From positions 960,001 to 1,024,000 of the forward strand of contig OY775910.1 in NCBI GenBank assembly GCA_963675245.1: a stretch of 64,000 nucleotides of DNA, given 5' to 3'. The stretch's first letter is position 1. Each line of letters opens with the position of its first letter. Below, one piece after another: positions 11,801-21,939 of this stretch. The notes under the pieces were generated by a model. It saw only the letters and a program-made list of their open reading frames with translations, had not been told where the DNA came from and did no database searches. The DNA comes from Acholeplasmataceae bacterium. GTDB lineage: Bacteria; Bacillota_I; Bacilli_A; Acholeplasmatales; Acholeplasmataceae. The position numbers were made by a program, and so were the translations under genes.

Positions 11801-13473
11801 CAGTGCTTGATGAGTTTATGTCGTCAGTTCATGCATTCGCGTTAATTGATGTTACAACATTAACACCTGAACAAGAAGTTAGTGTGATGCAATTTGCCGC
11901 TCAATATGAATTATTTATCAATACCAGCCCAGAACACGAAGATCAATTGGCAAATGCGATTCCATTGACTGAAGGTGTTGTAGATACAAGTCTTTATTTA
12001 ACTGATGAAATGTATTACACATTTACACCAACAGTCTCAGGTTATTATGAGTTTACAGCAACATTTAGTGAAGAACATAGTGCATATGTGGAAGCATATG
12101 GCGGTATGAATAACATGTGGTTCATTTCTAATTGGAACGATGGTACGAGTATTAGTTTGAGTGGTTTTATGAATCCAAATGAAACGGTATATGTTGTTTT
12201 AGATATTGAAAATGCTGCATATGTTGATGTCGATGCAGTCATGACAGAACTAGATGTTCCAGAATTAACACTTGACGTACCAGTTGACATGTCTTTCAAT
12301 GATTATATATCAAATTACTATGTATATACACCAACGACTGATGGTTATTATGAAGTGACGATAAACGGTGCAGGTGAAATTCATGGTCAATTAAGGATTA
12401 TTGATAACGACGGTAATTACATTGTTGATCGTTATGTGGATGATAACATGGAAACACATTTCTACTTAGATGCCGCTATTGGAGTACCATTCTTCTTTGA
12501 AATTGTAGTTCATGAATGGAGTTCACCACTTACAATTGAAATAAGTGAATTTATGGCGACCTCATTAGAAATGGATGTTGCTGCAACGGTTCCAAGTAGT
12601 ACTAGTGCACAATATTATGCGTTTACTGTACCAACAGGAGGTCCATACACAATTGAACTCACATCAACACAAGATATTACATTTGATTTAAGACACTTTG
12701 GCAATCGTGGTGATTTGCAAAATGGATCATTTGAAATCATAGCTAATGATACATTATATCTTACTAACTTCTTAGCACCAAATCAAGTCTATATACTTGA
12801 AGTTACAAATATGACAGATACAGTAACGTTTGATATCACACTTACCGGATATGCAGCTCAAACAGTGACCTTAATTAATGATGCATCAATACCGGTCACT
12901 GCTGATCATGAATACTTCTTCGAGCTTGTCATAGATGAACATAGCTTATATCAAATCGATTTTACAACAACTGCAGAAACGTGGATCTTGGGAGATGTTT
13001 TAAAAACAGATGGTGAATATATTTATGGTTTTAGCAACGCTGTTGATCTTGCTGAAGGTTTCCACCCAGAATATTATTTTGTGCCAGGAACATATTTTGT
13101 AAGATTTAGTGTCAATGCTGATGTGACTATTGATGTTGGCTTGCAGATTCTAGAAACGCCAGTTGCGCATCTTGATGAAGAATTATTCATCGAAATTCAA
13201 GGCTATACAGATGTTATTATGCTATTCACACCAAATGTATCAGGAGAGTATATGATTTATTCTTATTCATCAGAGCCTTCTGATCCTTATATTGAAGTGT
13301 TTGATATGAACGGTTATGCTTTCATGTATGATGATAACAGCGGAGAAGGTTTAAACTTCGAAGTCTATACCTATCTAGAAAGTGGACAAACATATGCGAT
13401 TCACTTTAGTAACTATGATGATATGGTGTCGTATAATGCAAGGATTGAACTAGTTGAAGAATATATGAATTAA
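8806..13473 (+). CDS. Large acidic surface lipoprotein (1555 aa): 3 FN3-like repeats, helical core, C-terminal PPC-like beta repeats
   Basis: AGGAGG SD; MKK-hydrophobic-LYSC lipobox; three APT..W.AV..A..Y...TT.TSYDLS...G.Y.V.VIA repeats; repeated YY.FTP...G.Y motifs and DPYIEVFD..DDNSG. Confidence 0.8.
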   Translation: MKKVVGFLFLVAVSVFLYSCTGLTLEAPTVTLSGDTISWSAVPTATQYFVYIYETSTEPGTDFETITTTSFDLSTLSLTDGTYNVYVIASSGASFSAQSNLVEYIVSGGSGLSLNAPTGVTITGHILTWNAVTDATGYKVVIGTTEVNTTSTSYDLSTVSLADGAYNVYVIATAGSSRSTNSATVSYTVSGSGVSVPTTPTNVSITGSIISWTAVTDAVSYIVTINGTNVSVTTTSYDLSNQTLTAGNYPVTVIAVNTAGQSAATAAVTYTVTQMSSVNAIIAGVLPIINPVYEPNMVLSDFDEAYEYADYMQVVAIVTIYANASEDVNLATADAIGVFSDMATLMDSEDPLFTNLETFMATTSMFEDNHVTPEVLAHILTAVGTEALALGSSQMMSSIETLETELLALQQTLALNTSYQEMLTIIDSNTPVTAEAIAALLDANDDYTRELLYIFLDKCIDINNNDMYSNDYYYRDYLDNQDVDMMISIAEEVAAGDDASFIDNATTYRMMFDGINYLFSQIDETNDHIYELNMLADRLDGLDVMLNDSPETIESALSTVFEFMFTVRASMPANIIELIDTALDSENGLSGLSTADIILIKNEFVDIISDALPDEATFQTFFQSMLMIGEIALNNDISNIPDHADYLGSVSYNMINIELMFIGDITLDDVTEIQALITAFETAYGEDGNPLENPTPLIDMIVYARTYLNDFITLHQTDVDTLEILLGSTGTEAVYLEILSQLTAFATDQNPRELDMILYILDALNSEYDHIMTILGIAPDIADGLLTAFVDSEASIFGVIMAMQNMEQPTLSDIVTALESLIDEAALYHDVLASQFTLANIESILSMMVIPAMAESGLYADDTMVATIQSFIPDVAQIILNVASIEGDMFDALQTLVIGDYINETNGFTEPVDVGSALAFIHLFDSVLTPANETLIDDTLDIIFIDILGDATLQTNIGVASWQSIFRDMLEDETITLTDPINLAEIQTHLSDIRLRIETVLDEFMSSVHAFALIDVTTLTPEQEVSVMQFAAQYELFINTSPEHEDQLANAIPLTEGVVDTSLYLTDEMYYTFTPTVSGYYEFTATFSEEHSAYVEAYGGMNNMWFISNWNDGTSISLSGFMNPNETVYVVLDIENAAYVDVDAVMTELDVPELTLDVPVDMSFNDYISNYYVYTPTTDGYYEVTINGAGEIHGQLRIIDNDGNYIVDRYVDDNMETHFYLDAAIGVPFFFEIVVHEWSSPLTIEISEFMATSLEMDVAATVPSSTSAQYYAFTVPTGGPYTIELTSTQDITFDLRHFGNRGDLQNGSFEIIANDTLYLTNFLAPNQVYILEVTNMTDTVTFDITLTGYAAQTVTLINDASIPVTADHEYFFELVIDEHSLYQIDFTTTAETWILGDVLKTDGEYIYGFSNAVDLAEGFHPEYYFVPGTYFVRFSVNADVTIDVGLQILETPVAHLDEELFIEIQGYTDVIMLFTPNVSGEYMIYSYSSEPSDPYIEVFDMNGYAFMYDDNSGEGLNFEVYTYLESGQTYAIHFSNYDDMVSYNARIELVEEYMN

Positions 13474-13491
13474 AGAATTTTATTGACATAT

Positions 13492-13518
13492 AAAGGCAAG
13501 CTGAGGCTTGCCTTTTTT
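13492..13518 (+). terminator. Intrinsic terminator
   Basis: AAAGGCAAGC-tgag-GCTTGCCTTT plus T run. Confidence 0.9.
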
Positions 13519-13594
13519 GTAAATAAAATATCAAAATATTGTTAAAGATATATATAACCTATATAATGGAGACAATACATAAGGAGGTGGTTTT

Positions 13595-14503
13595 GTGGAT
13601 TATATACTTGAAGTGAAAGATCTTTACAAATCATATAAAGACATTAAAGCCGTCAATGGGATATCGTTTTCTGTGAAGAGAGGAAGTTTGTTTGCTTTTT
13701 TAGGACCAAATGGTGCAGGCAAATCAACGACCATTAATATCATCACGACATTGCTTGATAGAGATAAAGGTGAAGTGATATTAAATGGAAAAACTAATGA
13801 TACCTATTTTAGAGAAAAGATTGGTGTTGTATTTCAAGATAATGTCTTAGATGATCTTCTTACGGTTAAACAAAATTTAATTTTAAGAGGTTCACTGTAT
13901 TTAAATAACAAAGCTGCTGTTCACAAACGATATGAGGAATTAAAATCCTTTTTAAATTTAGAAGAATTCGAACATCAACCATTTGGAAAATTATCAGGTG
14001 GTCAAAAAAGAAGAACAGAAATTGCAAGAGCTTTATTTGCGAATCCTGAACTCTTATTAATGGATGAACCAACAACAGGGTTAGATCCTGAGACGAGACA
14101 AACAGTTTGGAAAGTCATTGATGAACTTAGAAAACGAGATGGATTAACGATTTTTTTAACCACGCATTATATGGAAGAAGCAGTAGGTGCTGATCACGTT
14201 GTCATTATCGATAAAGGTCTCATTAAAGTTCAAGGAACACCTGCAGCTTTAAAAGATCAATATAGTCATGATCGATTAGTTATCGTACCACACGATAAAA
14301 AAGCATTTGAAGCATCACTTCAAAAGGAAAATATAGTGTATAAGAAAATAGCAGATCAGTTTGTTATAAAAGTTGATGAAACAGATGAGATGTTTAGATT
14401 ATTAGATACATACAGAAAAAACATAAAATCATTTGAAGCAATTAAAGGGACGATGGATGATGTGTTCATCAATGTTATTGGGGAGGTGAATGGTAATGTT
14501 TGA
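13595..14503 (+). CDS. DrrA-like ABC ATP-binding protein
   Basis: GPNGAGKST, LSGGQKRR, MDEPTTGLDP, LTTHYMEEA; AAGGAGGT SD. Confidence 0.93.
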   Translation: MDYILEVKDLYKSYKDIKAVNGISFSVKRGSLFAFLGPNGAGKSTTINIITTLLDRDKGEVILNGKTNDTYFREKIGVVFQDNVLDDLLTVKQNLILRGSLYLNNKAAVHKRYEELKSFLNLEEFEHQPFGKLSGGQKRRTEIARALFANPELLLMDEPTTGLDPETRQTVWKVIDELRKRDGLTIFLTTHYMEEAVGADHVVIIDKGLIKVQGTPAALKDQYSHDRLVIVPHDKKAFEASLQKENIVYKKIADQFVIKVDETDEMFRLLDTYRKNIKSFEAIKGTMDDVFINVIGEVNGNV

Positions 14504-15380
14504 GTTATGGTCATTAACGAAAAGACACATGCTTAGATATTTAAAAGATCGTGCCGCTGTTTTCTTCTCATTCTTGAGTGTACTTATTTTACTGGCACTT
14601 TACATTTTATTTATTGGTCGTTCATATACGGATGGATTGCCTGACATCTTTCCAGAAGAACTTAAAACTTTCTTAGTTGTGAGTTTAACGATGGGTGGGG
14701 TCTTGGTGATTAATTCAATGTCCTTATCGTTAGGAATCATGGGGACTTTTGTAGAAGATATAGCTAAACGAAATATTGATGCATTTCTAGTGACACCTAT
14801 TAAAAGATGGAAAGTCATTATTAGTTATTATTTATCAGCAATCATTGTGACGAGCGTTTTATCATTAGTGATGTGGGGATTAACAATTGCTTATGTCGGT
14901 ATTGCATCTGGATATTGGTATAGTCTTATGGTTATACTAAAAGCGTCAGGTCTTCTAATTCTTTATACATTTATCTCATCATCAATCATGATTTTCTTAG
15001 TGACCCTATTAAAATCAATTAATGCATTTGGTGCACTGTCTGGTATTTTAGGAACTTTAGTAGGTTTTACATCAGGTATTTATATGCCACTCGCTATTTT
15101 AGGTAAGGGGATGCAGTATGTGGCTTCAATTAACCCTTTCACACATATGAGTGTACTTTTAAAACAGGTTTTATTGGAAGAACCGTTAGCGGAAACAATC
15201 GGTTACTTTGGTGGAAATATGGATGCTTATAATAATATGCTAAACATGTATGGCAGCGTAAATAATGGTATCTTCGGTGTTGATGTATCACTCATCTGGT
15301 CATTTTTAGGTATTGGCGTATTATCGGCACTATTATTAGCGTTTGCGTTTAATAACATGAATAAGAAGATAAAGAGTTAG
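14496..15380 (+). CDS. ABC-2 type permease
   Basis: Six TM segments, FLVTPIKR, SGIYMP motifs; GGGAGGT SD. Confidence 0.88.
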   Translation: MFELWSLTKRHMLRYLKDRAAVFFSFLSVLILLALYILFIGRSYTDGLPDIFPEELKTFLVVSLTMGGVLVINSMSLSLGIMGTFVEDIAKRNIDAFLVTPIKRWKVIISYYLSAIIVTSVLSLVMWGLTIAYVGIASGYWYSLMVILKASGLLILYTFISSSIMIFLVTLLKSINAFGALSGILGTLVGFTSGIYMPLAILGKGMQYVASINPFTHMSVLLKQVLLEEPLAETIGYFGGNMDAYNNMLNMYGSVNNGIFGVDVSLIWSFLGIGVLSALLLAFAFNNMNKKIKS

Positions 15381-15455
15381 ATGAAATAAAAATATTAATT
15401 AGCGGTATAATGAAAGTAAAGTTATATCGCTTTTTGTTTATATGAGGAGGCATTT

Positions 15456-16466
15456 ATGAGTAAATTACCATATTTTAAACCGAAATCATTAATATACACA
15501 GGTACACATGTTGAAGGAAAAGCTATCATAAGACACTATCATTATGATGAGATATACTTTAAAGCCTATGATACATTCACACCTGATAAGACATATAAAA
15601 ACTATATTCAAGTGATTGGTTTAACGGATACTGATATGATTAAAAAGATTCAAGAAACATATCAGATAGAACCGTTTATCATGGAAGATATTTTAAATGT
15701 GAAACAACGATTGAAATTTGATTATCACGAAGATTACATTTTTGCTACTTTGCATAACAGATATATAGATAAAGAAGATGTCAAAGCTGATTATCTTTCT
15801 ATTTATGCTGTGGATCATACGGTCATATCGTTTCATGAAACTGAACCCGCATATTTAACATCACTTATTCCTTTATTGAAAGATTACAAAGAATTAAAGT
15901 CGCAAGGCTCTGATTTATTGTTTTACCACATCTTGGATATGATTACAGATGATCATATTGAACTGTTAGACTTTTATGATCATCAAATGAATGCATTTGA
16001 AGAAGAAGTATTGGAATCCAAGAAATTTGAACAATCGGAATTTTATCTTTTAAGAAAAAGAATGCTTCAACTTCATAGTATTATTACACCTATGTACGAA
16101 CAAGTTGATAAAATGTTACAACGAAAACTACCTTTATTAACGGCGCATAGTTTAGGTTATTTTGATGATTTAAAAGATCACTTAAAACGATTAGATTCAA
16201 AACTCTTTCAATCAAGAGATATGATGCGTCAATTACTTGATTTACATATGAATAATCAATCAACTAAAATGAATAAAATCATGTCGACTTTAACATTGTT
16301 TTCTGCGATTTTCATACCACTCTCTTTCCTTACAGGATTCTTCGGTATGAACTTTCATTACTTTGAGGCATTGGATTTTCCATATGCGATTATCACATTT
16401 ATTATCAGTTGTGTGCTCATTGCTGGAGGTATGTTTATCTTCTTTAAAAAACGTCGTTGGTTTTAG
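15456..16466 (+). CDS. corA: CorA-family Mg2+/Co2+ transporter
   Basis: MNKIMSTLT...FFGMNF signature and two C-terminal TM helices. Confidence 0.93.
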   Translation: MSKLPYFKPKSLIYTGTHVEGKAIIRHYHYDEIYFKAYDTFTPDKTYKNYIQVIGLTDTDMIKKIQETYQIEPFIMEDILNVKQRLKFDYHEDYIFATLHNRYIDKEDVKADYLSIYAVDHTVISFHETEPAYLTSLIPLLKDYKELKSQGSDLLFYHILDMITDDHIELLDFYDHQMNAFEEEVLESKKFEQSEFYLLRKRMLQLHSIITPMYEQVDKMLQRKLPLLTAHSLGYFDDLKDHLKRLDSKLFQSRDMMRQLLDLHMNNQSTKMNKIMSTLTLFSAIFIPLSFLTGFFGMNFHYFEALDFPYAIITFIISCVLIAGGMFIFFKKRRWF

Positions 16467-16487
16467 GACCCTTAAGGTCCTTTTTTT
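16465..16487 (+). terminator. Intrinsic terminator after corA
   Basis: AGGACC-ctta-a-GGTCCT plus T run. Confidence 0.75.
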
Positions 16488-16512
16488 ACATGCTATTTAC
16501 AAAAGTATTACT
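16485..16512 (+). promoter_or_regulatory. Pho box-like direct repeats upstream of pstS
   Basis: TTTACA (16485), TTTACA (16496), ATTACT (16507) at 11-bp period, matching the Bacillus PhoP TT(A/T/C)ACA repeat. Confidence 0.7.
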
Positions 16513-16585
16513 AAACAGTGATAGATAGATTTCATCAGTTCTCATACAATAGAGATGATCACAGGAAAATTATAAGGAGAACATA

Positions 16586-17530
16586 ATGAAAAAAGTCGTT
16601 TTAGTATTAATCACTGTCTTAGCATTGACGTTAAGTGCATGTACAAGTAATGAAGGATTTGATGCATCATCAGATATTTCAGTTTATACAAGAGATACAT
16701 CTAGCGGTACAAGAGCTGGATTCATGGGTAAAATTGGTTTTGAAGAAGCAGAAGCTGATGATTCAGTTTTAGCTGATGGATTTATTATTGCTGGTAATGA
16801 TGAAATTATTTCAGCCGTTCAAGATGATTTATATGCAGTTGGTTATGTCTCACTTTCAACGTTAGATACAACATTATTTAAAGGGTTGAATTTTGAAGGG
16901 GTTGCTCCAACTGAAGCAAACGTACTATCAGGTGAATACTTATTAGCTCGTAGATTCAATTATATGTTACGTGATGACTACTCTGTTTATGGCGATGATG
17001 CAGAACGTATTGAAGATTTAGCAAATGCATTTGTTGCCTATATGGGATCATCAGAAGGACTAGCTACGATTAAAGCAGCTCATGGTATCGTTGATGTCAC
17101 TTCAGGTCAACCTTGGGCTACAGTTAAATCAGGTCAAGATTGGGAAGCAACTGTTAATGGAGATAACAGTGACTTAACGATTAAATTCGGTGGTTCAGAT
17201 TCTGTTGAAAAAATTGCAAAAGCATTATCTGCTGACTTTGCACCTAAAGCTGGTAATTTCATTCCTGAACATAATCATACAGGTTCATCAAATGCTTATA
17301 AAGGGTTGAATGGTGAAAACAGTGCAGTGAATGATGCATTATCTATTATGATAGGTTTCGCTTCAAGAGAATTTAAAGATACAGAACCTGCAAATGTGAC
17401 AGGTGTTGTTGCAATTGATGCAATCGTTGCTATCGTTAACTTAGAAAACCCAGTCATGAATATGACAGCTGAAGATCTAAAAAATATCTATAGTGGTTCA
17501 ATTACAACTTGGGAATCATACATATCTTAA
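16586..17530 (+). CDS. pstS: Phosphate ABC transporter substrate-binding lipoprotein (circularly permuted motif order)
   Basis: LSAC lipobox; RDTSSGTR, GGSDSV, IGFASRE, AIDAIVAIVN, IYSGSITTW; first gene of the pst operon. Confidence 0.9.
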   Translation: MKKVVLVLITVLALTLSACTSNEGFDASSDISVYTRDTSSGTRAGFMGKIGFEEAEADDSVLADGFIIAGNDEIISAVQDDLYAVGYVSLSTLDTTLFKGLNFEGVAPTEANVLSGEYLLARRFNYMLRDDYSVYGDDAERIEDLANAFVAYMGSSEGLATIKAAHGIVDVTSGQPWATVKSGQDWEATVNGDNSDLTIKFGGSDSVEKIAKALSADFAPKAGNFIPEHNHTGSSNAYKGLNGENSAVNDALSIMIGFASREFKDTEPANVTGVVAIDAIVAIVNLENPVMNMTAEDLKNIYSGSITTWESYIS

Positions 17531-17554
17531 ATCGTTATTAACTTAATTTAGTAA

Positions 17555-17582
17555 AAAACACCAGTCTAAGGATTGGTGTTTT
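17555..17582 (+). terminator. Intercistronic hairpin after pstS
   Basis: AAAACACCAGTC-taag-GATTGGTGTTTT. Confidence 0.65.
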
Positions 17583-17605
17583 CGCATGTTAAAAAGGAGC
17601 CATTT

Positions 17606-18592
17606 ATGCAATCAGTAAAAGAACACATCACCGCAAAAAACATCAGAAGAAAAAACCGTGCTGATCTGATTTTTAGACATATTTTTAGAGCTGCAAGTTT
17701 ATTATCCGCATCTTTTGTTATTATCGTTGTTATTGTGATTGCTGTAAGAGGAATAACACCATTTGTTTCGTCTTATGTTGGGTATAACAACTTAACCGGT
17801 CAAATCATTTTAAATCCAGTCAATCCTATTAGATTTATAACTAAAATGTCGTGGTTATCAGGTGCTGTAGGGGCTTCCAGTGATTATGGTGTCGGTTTTG
17901 CAATTTTAAATACAATCATAGCTGTATTAATGTCACTTATTATCACTGTGCCAGTGGCTTTGTTAACAGCACTTTTAATTGCAAAAGTCGCACCAAAAAG
18001 AATATCAAACTTTTTAAGTACTGTCGTTGAGCTTTTAGCCTCCATACCATCTATTATATATGGCGTGATTGGTTTAGGTGTGATTACGAATATTGTCGGA
18101 TGGATTGGTAATCTTTTTAATTATCAAACCTCTGCGGGTCTTTCACTATTATCCACAGTACTGGTTTTATTTATGATGACATTACCGACAATTACTGCGG
18201 TTGCTGAAACATCAATTAGAGCCGTTAAAAATGATATTATTGAAGGATCATTGGCGTTATCAGCAACACCGATGCAAACCTATTTTAAAGTCGTTTTAAC
18301 AAGTGCAAAAAGCGGTATTTTTGCAGGTGTGATTTTAGGTGTTGGTCGTGCTTTAGGTGAAGCAACTGCGGTTTCTATGGTATCAGGTAACTCTTTTAGT
18401 GGCGTGACAATAAACCCATTAGCAACTACATCCACATTGACATCACGCATGTTAATGGGTATTAAAGAAACGACTGGTATCGATTATGATATACGTTTTT
18501 CGGTTGGACTTGTACTCATGGTTGTCATTTTAGTTACAAACGTCCTACTTCGTTGGGTCATGAAGAAAGTAGGTAACTTAGATGAAAACTAA
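17606..18592 (+). CDS. pstC: Phosphate ABC permease PstC
   Basis: VELLASIPSIIYG, GVGRALGEATAV; AAGGAG SD before ATG 17606. Confidence 0.95.
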   Translation: MQSVKEHITAKNIRRKNRADLIFRHIFRAASLLSASFVIIVVIVIAVRGITPFVSSYVGYNNLTGQIILNPVNPIRFITKMSWLSGAVGASSDYGVGFAILNTIIAVLMSLIITVPVALLTALLIAKVAPKRISNFLSTVVELLASIPSIIYGVIGLGVITNIVGWIGNLFNYQTSAGLSLLSTVLVLFMMTLPTITAVAETSIRAVKNDIIEGSLALSATPMQTYFKVVLTSAKSGIFAGVILGVGRALGEATAVSMVSGNSFSGVTINPLATTSTLTSRMLMGIKETTGIDYDIRFSVGLVLMVVILVTNVLLRWVMKKVGNLDEN

Positions 18593-19811
18593 CATTAAAA
18601 AAAGTAAACAAACTTATGATAGAATCGCTAAAACATCTATTTACAGTATGGGTTTCATTGGCGTGTTGATACTTGCAATGGTGATTATCTATGTACTTAT
18701 GACAGGTGCATCACTCGTCAATTGGGATATGCTAACTGGAGATTCTCAAGATATTAATACGAATGTCTATTTAAATGTTGGTCCAAGTCATTTTGAAGCT
18801 GAACATGAATTAGGTGATGAAATATATTATTCATCAGCATGGGGTGTAGGTTTTGTTAATGAGATCAACCGGGCTGGACATGATATTGTCGAAATTGCTT
18901 ATATTCATTCTGATAGTCCATTCTTAAACGCGTTAGATAAAAACAATAGTGATGAAAATGGAAATCCAACGGTGATTAGGCTAAATGAAAATACATCGAT
19001 ACAAACCGCTATTTTTAACAATTTCACCTCATTCACGTTTTATACAGATGGAGCTGAAGCGGTTAGAGATGTCTTTCAACAAGCTACACAAGTTGATGAT
19101 GTCACCGTACAAGTTGTTGGTGGCGGGATTAGAGGGTCAGTCTTAACAACATTGTGGATGATTTTGATTACATTGATACTAGCGGTTCCCATAGGGGTTG
19201 CTACTGCAATATACTTTAATGAATTTGCGAAAAACACAAGATTCTCGAACATGATTAAATCACTTGTTGATATGTTAACAGGTGTTCCATCGATCATTTA
19301 TGGATTGTTAGGTGCAGCGGTTTTTATACCGTTACTTAATTCAACGGGGTTGACAGCAGGTGGTTCAATCTTAAGTGGTGCAATCACTATGGCTGTCATA
19401 TTGCTTCCAACGATTATTAAAAGTACAGAAGAAGCACTTAAAATCATTCCAAATGATTTAAGACAAGGTTCATTGGCTTTAGGGGCAAATGAGACGCAAA
19501 CTATATTCAAAGTCGTCCTTCCTAATGCAATACCAGGTATATTGACTGGAGTACTGTTAGGGATAGGTAGAATAATGGGTGAATCGGCAGCGTTAATCTT
19601 CGCTGTTGGTGCTGTAACAAAAGACACAGTTTCACTGACAGAACGCTCGTCCACCTTAGCGGTTCATATATGGGTTATAATGGGAGGAGAGGCACCAAAT
19701 TTCGAACTAGCCTCAGCCATCGCCATTATTATGTTAATTGTTGTATTTATCATAAACTTTATTGTTAAGTTATTTGCTAAACGACTACAGAAAAACATGA
19801 ATTGGAGTTAA
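18582..19811 (+). CDS. pstA: Phosphate ABC permease PstA with extracytoplasmic insertion
   Basis: [29 protein letters not shown]. Confidence 0.95.
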   Translation: MKTNIKKSKQTYDRIAKTSIYSMGFIGVLILAMVIIYVLMTGASLVNWDMLTGDSQDINTNVYLNVGPSHFEAEHELGDEIYYSSAWGVGFVNEINRAGHDIVEIAYIHSDSPFLNALDKNNSDENGNPTVIRLNENTSIQTAIFNNFTSFTFYTDGAEAVRDVFQQATQVDDVTVQVVGGGIRGSVLTTLWMILITLILAVPIGVATAIYFNEFAKNTRFSNMIKSLVDMLTGVPSIIYGLLGAAVFIPLLNSTGLTAGGSILSGAITMAVILLPTIIKSTEEALKIIPNDLRQGSLALGANETQTIFKVVLPNAIPGILTGVLLGIGRIMGESAALIFAVGAVTKDTVSLTERSSTLAVHIWVIMGGEAPNFELASAIAIIMLIVVFIINFIVKLFAKRLQKNMNWS

Positions 19812-19815
19812 CACA

Positions 19816-20589
19816 ATGAATAATAATATACAAAATAAAGCAGTATTTAAATTAAATAATATCAATTTATTCTACGATGAATTTCAAGCAATTAAGAATA
19901 TATCGATGGATATAAACTATCATGAAGTCACAGCGTTCATTGGACCTTCTGGATGTGGAAAATCAACATTTATTCGTATTTTAAATCGTATGAATGATTT
20001 AATTTCTTCATGTAAGGTCACAGGGGATGTGCTATATGAAGAACAAGATGTCTATAGTAAAGACTTTGATGTGATTGAATTACGATCTAAAGTAGGTATG
20101 GTATTCCAAAAACCTAACCCATTTCCAATGAGCATTTATGATAATATTGCATATGGTCCAAAATGCCAAGGGATTAAAGATAAAAAAATACTTGATGAGA
20201 TTGTTGAAAATTCACTTAAGAAGGCTGCATTATGGGATGAAGTCTCTGATCGATTAAAAAATTCAGCGATGAGTTTATCTGGTGGTCAACAACAACGTTT
20301 ATGTATCGCAAGAACCATCGCGATGGAGCCTGAAGTGATTTTAATGGATGAACCAACATCGGCACTAGATCCGATTTCAACAGCTAAGATTGAAGACTTA
20401 ATTGTTGAATTAAAAAAAGATTATACGATTGTTATCGTGACGCATAATATGCAACAAGCTGCAAGAATCTCAGATAAGACGGCATTTTTCTTGTTAGGTG
20501 AGCTTATTGAATTTGAAGATACTGCAATGATGTTTTCAACACCCAAACATAAAAAGACTGAAGACTATATTACTGGTCGTTTCGGATAA
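19816..20589 (+). CDS. pstB: Phosphate ABC ATPase PstB
   Basis: [34 protein letters not shown]. Confidence 0.97.
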   Translation: MNNNIQNKAVFKLNNINLFYDEFQAIKNISMDINYHEVTAFIGPSGCGKSTFIRILNRMNDLISSCKVTGDVLYEEQDVYSKDFDVIELRSKVGMVFQKPNPFPMSIYDNIAYGPKCQGIKDKKILDEIVENSLKKAALWDEVSDRLKNSAMSLSGGQQQRLCIARTIAMEPEVILMDEPTSALDPISTAKIEDLIVELKKDYTIVIVTHNMQQAARISDKTAFFLLGELIEFEDTAMMFSTPKHKKTEDYITGRFG

Positions 20590-20602
20590 TAGGAGGAAAA
20601 TC

Positions 20603-21265
20603 ATGTCACTAAGACATACATTACAAGAATCAATTGAAGAATTAAAACAAGAAGTCACAGGGATGGCAGATCTTGCACTTCATAATTTAAGGGAAGGATT
20701 AAAAGCATTTAAAGATGCTGACATGGAACTTGCCAAACAAGTCATTAAAGGTGATGATGATGTTGATTTTTATGAAGAAAAGATTGCCAAGCAAGCTTTA
20801 AAGATCATTTGGAAAGAACAACCAGTAGCAACTGATCTACGGTTTGTTACAGGTGTCTTAAAATTAATTACAGATTTAGAACGTATTGGGGATCATGCGA
20901 GTGACATTGCAGAAATGACACTTCATTTAGAGGGCAAGCAAAACAAACGCGTGTTACCTATTACATCAACAATGGCTGAAATCGTTGAAAAAATGGTTTT
21001 AAAAGCGATTGAAGCTTTAATAAGAATTGATGTGGAATTAGCAAATGAAGTCATAAAAATGGATGATGATGTTGACAGTTTGTTTAGAGAATTGATACTA
21101 AAGATGACATCAGAATTAAAACATGATAAAATTGACCCAAATGATGCCATCTATACATCAATGGTCGCGAAGTATTTTGAACGTGTTGGTGACCACGCCG
21201 TCAATATTGCACAATGGATTATTTTTATCGAAAAAGGCACACATAAGAATACACTGTTATTCTAA
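20603..21265 (+). CDS. phoU: Phosphate signalling protein PhoU
   Basis: QPVATDLR, DLERIGDHA, ERVGDHAVNIA. Confidence 0.97.
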   Translation: MSLRHTLQESIEELKQEVTGMADLALHNLREGLKAFKDADMELAKQVIKGDDDVDFYEEKIAKQALKIIWKEQPVATDLRFVTGVLKLITDLERIGDHASDIAEMTLHLEGKQNKRVLPITSTMAEIVEKMVLKAIEALIRIDVELANEVIKMDDDVDSLFRELILKMTSELKHDKIDPNDAIYTSMVAKYFERVGDHAVNIAQWIIFIEKGTHKNTLLF

Positions 21266-21276
21266 GGAGGATAAGC

Positions 21277-21939
21277 ATGCCACTTATATATTATGTAGAA
21301 GATGATCAAGCAATCAGTCATATCATTGAAAAGACCATTGAAAATGCCAGCTTAGAAGGTCAAGGGTTTTCAACAGGTGAAGCATTTATGGCTGCTTTCC
21401 GGAAACAAAGACCCGATTTTATTTGTTTGGATATTATGCTTCCTGATGTGTCAGGGATTGACCTACTAAAACTCATCCGTAAAGTGGATCGTGATGTACC
21501 CATTATGATGGTTTCTGCATTACAGAGCGAAATGGATAAAGTCATTGCTTTAGATGCAGGTGCTGATGATTATCTGACGAAACCTTTTGGTGTTTTAGAA
21601 TTAACATCCAGAATTAGAGCGAAGTTAAGAAAAACACAAGGTCCTATGACATATCTTTTTAACAATGTCATGATGGATGATCGTAAACATCAAGTTAAAA
21701 TTAATGATGAAGATGTTTACTTCACACAAAAAGAATACGACATTTTAAAATTATTATTAAAAAACGAGCATGATATCGCATCTAGAGAAGCGATTTTTAA
21801 GAGTGTTTGGGATACTGACTTTATCGGTGAAACAAGAACACTTGACATGCATATCAAATCGTTACGAAAAAAATTATCTGAACATGGCGCAGACATAGCG
21901 ATTAAGACTGTACGAGGCGTCGGTTATCATTTAAAATGA
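21277..21939 (+). CDS. phoP: OmpR-family response regulator (PhoP/PhoB-like)
   Basis: VEDD, LDIMLP, GADDYLTKPF, TVRGVGY; pst context. Confidence 0.88.
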   Translation: MPLIYYVEDDQAISHIIEKTIENASLEGQGFSTGEAFMAAFRKQRPDFICLDIMLPDVSGIDLLKLIRKVDRDVPIMMVSALQSEMDKVIALDAGADDYLTKPFGVLELTSRIRAKLRKTQGPMTYLFNNVMMDDRKHQVKINDEDVYFTQKEYDILKLLLKNEHDIASREAIFKSVWDTDFIGETRTLDMHIKSLRKKLSEHGADIAIKTVRGVGYHLK

